From assembly GCF_009834535.1 (NCBI RefSeq), contig NC_045696.1, positions 17,920,001 to 17,984,000 of the forward strand: a stretch of 64,000 nt of DNA, written 5' to 3'. Made by a program: the position numbers and the translations under genes. Shown one piece after another: positions 61,351 to 64,000 of this stretch. The DNA comes from Camelus ferus (taxonomy: Eukaryota). The notes under the pieces were generated by a model that was not told where the DNA came from, searched no databases, and saw only the letters and a list, made by a program, of their open reading frames with translations. The stretch's first letter is position 1, and each line of letters starts with the position of its first letter.

Positions 61351-64000
61351 TTGGCAGTAGTTCTGTACTTCTTCAAATGATGTTGCAGAGAATTCTACAA
61401 CATCCCTTATTTCCTCATTCAACGAGGTAAGTAAAATTATTAAAAGAAACTTATGTCACACTCGAATTATGTGAAAGAATAAAGGAATATCTGAAAGTTA
61501 CTGTGTGAAAACAAAATTTTAAACATATTTCCCCTTATATTTTCATTGGAATTAATATGATAGAAACACCCAACTATCCTTTGATGGCATGCTAATTAAA
61601 CAAATGTTTTCAAACTCCATCAAGGGTAGCTTTGATAGTGAAAAAAAGTGTAGCATTAATACAGGACAATAAGCACAAAGCAAGATTATGCCCCCCACCC
61701 GCCGTAAACTACAACTTTTCATCATCCTAATTTTAAGTACTCAATACATACAGTAGAATTATCTTACTTTGTTGTAACAGATGGAAAATCTAATTTAAAT
61801 GATTCTCCTAGGCTTTCCTGAAGCAAGAACTCAGTGTTAGAAATACATCTTTTCATTTTATTTAGGTAAATAACCATCACTCTGTTCAACTCATATCCCT
61901 AATCGTGAGCTTGTTTCTGATTGTCTTGTCAGATTCCCTGTTGCTATAATTATATTCATTATTCAATCTTCCGGTGGAGAACACAAACCAACCCATGAAA
62001 CAGCACACTGTGAGATGAGATAATGATCTTGAGATTTGGAAATCACGGTTTTAAGATTTCCTTAATGTTTGTTTTCTGAAAATGTCTCAGCTTTGTTCCC
62101 CTGTGTGTGTAGTACAGTAGGGGGCTATTAGCATGACACAGTGACTGTGAGTAATATTCCTGAGAGAAGTGAATACCTTGATAGTAACTGGGCAAACTAC
62201 AGTGGATTACTTAAATAGATGTGTTTATGTTTTTTTTAGCAGTATGAGCCCCAAATCCACCCAGACACTCTTTGCACTCACTCTTCCTGGTAGAAGAAAG
62301 ATGTTATAATACATAAAGCTCAGCTCTGATCACATTACTTCCCTGCTCAAAGATGGTCAATTCCAACTGTTTACAAATAAAATATAACATTTTAGCCACA
62401 CTTTAAAACCCTTCACAATCGGGTCCTGTTTAACCTTGTTTTCTAAACTTGCAACACATACATTTTTTCCCCACATATATGAACATTTACAAAGCTGGGA
62501 AGAATCTCACTATAATTGTTCCTTCAGCATGAGTCTTTCTTCCTATTCCCTTGAGTTAGTTGCTGATCAAGCTGATCCTTTTGGGATCTCCTTTTTAAGC
62601 TTTATTTGATAGATCTACATTGCCCCTTAGTGTTAAAGCAGGATCCTTAAATGGAGTCTTTGCTGAATGCCTAAGGTATTTGGTAAAGTCTAGTAAGGAC
62701 TAGAATGTTTCCCTACTCTGTTTGAGCCTGGAATCTATTCATCTTACAGTGCTTTAGTAGTGGTTACTTCCTGGCTTCATGAAGTTCCCACTTACATGTG
62801 CAACTTAGCATTCTCAGAAACTCAAGAAGCTCGTGCATTATTGTGTCTCTTCAACTGCAGATTTCTCATCTCTTTGGCACCATGTCCCATGGCTTCTAGC
62901 CATCTCTGCCTAACTCCTTTTTTCTGTCCTCGAATCAGTGAGACTGCTATAACTTTTTGGGTTGCCCTCCTTGTTCTCCATCCTGGAGGGTGCTTTCAGA
63001 TTGAAAGCCTGGGTGATCAAAGCACTCAACTCATTTGTTTCTTTTCTCTTGTTGATCACTCTCCAAAGCTGTCTGAAAACAACTGATTTTTTTTTCCTTC
63101 CAGGTTTTTAGTGTAAGGTGTTAGGGTAAGTTCAGTATTAGTTACCATGTCATAAGCAAAAGCAGGAGTCAACATGATTTTAATATATGAGTTTCTAGCT
63201 TCAAGATAATTCCCCATCAAGATTTTGATATTATTGTTTCCTTGTTTTCTTGTATCCAGCATTGTTGATGTCATTCTGAATTTTGTTTCTTCGTAAATAA
63301 TTTTTTTTACACAGCATTTCATAATTTTAAAAATTATTATTTTCAATGTTCTAATATTCTCTAACAGTAAGGTTCATTATTATTACTTCTGTTGTAATTA
63401 TTTGCCTTTTTACTTTATATTTCATTCCTTCTACTCTTCTCTCCTTTTAAATTTGGCCCATAGGAGGTCTAACTGGGGGACCAAATTGGGGAGGTAAGGA
63501 ATCAGCCAGTGAGCTCACTTTCTACTTACTGTCAGGTATTGTCCCAGACAAAGATGACATCACCTCTTCGACTCCAGTTCTTGTAAAAAAGCTCCCACTT
63601 CTGTCTTCCTTGCTCCTGTTCATCACTATATTTTCCTCACTCTGCTCTCTGGAAACCAGCTGTGGCACTAATGTTTTCAACCATGTCAATCAAAGATGCA
63701 TTTATGTTTGTCTTGTCAGATTATCTGATGTGACATAGAGCATTTAATTGGAATATCAGACTAATTTTATACAAATATGACAAAATAATTGGTGACTTTT
63801 CGAAGTAATTTTTCTTAATTCTTGTCTCTATTTTGAACTGGATAATGTTAGACAGTATTTCTAAAACTAATTGAACAACTTTACACAGCTCTTAAGAGAG
63901 CTGATTCCCAACAGTATATTTTTAAATAAGTTATTCTATAATCCATCCATCCATTATTTTTTTCTGAGGTAATTCATCTCTTTCACTGACCATCAATAAT

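Noticed and set aside
1..64000. CRISPR arrays, prokaryotic operons or rRNA
   Set aside because: The sequence is mammalian repeat-rich DNA; no repeat-spacer array or rRNA-like sequence was seen.

Overview
AT-rich, repeat-dense mammalian DNA, probably camelid (two tRNA-Ala-derived SINEs resemble the camelid vic-1 type). I found no confidently identifiable host protein-coding exon, so this is probably intergenic or deep intronic. The main feature is a 5.08-kb internally deleted class I (gamma-like, HERV-E-like gag) provirus at 24921-30001. It has two LTRs about 97.5% identical, a CTTC target-site duplication, a tRNA-Thr PBS, a PPT, disrupted gag, a pro/RNaseH/IN remnant fused in frame, and an env lacking SU. 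The top finding lies inside its capsid-coding region: a 226-bp insertion (27202-27427) that I recognise as a captured, apparently spliced fragment of cellular ataxin-7 (ATXN7) mRNA. It carries a CAG-tract remnant, MATVGER-PLPSP and part of the zinc finger, and joins gag at a shared KPQA-coding microhomology. The window also holds three more ERV1-type solo LTRs, a young 5'-truncated L1 with an intact ORF2 end and a 16-bp TSD, older L1s, MLT1, Tigger2 nested in MER5A, MIRs, microsatellites and a 105-bp tandem duplication. Family and subfamily names come from recalled consensus sequences, not from a database search.
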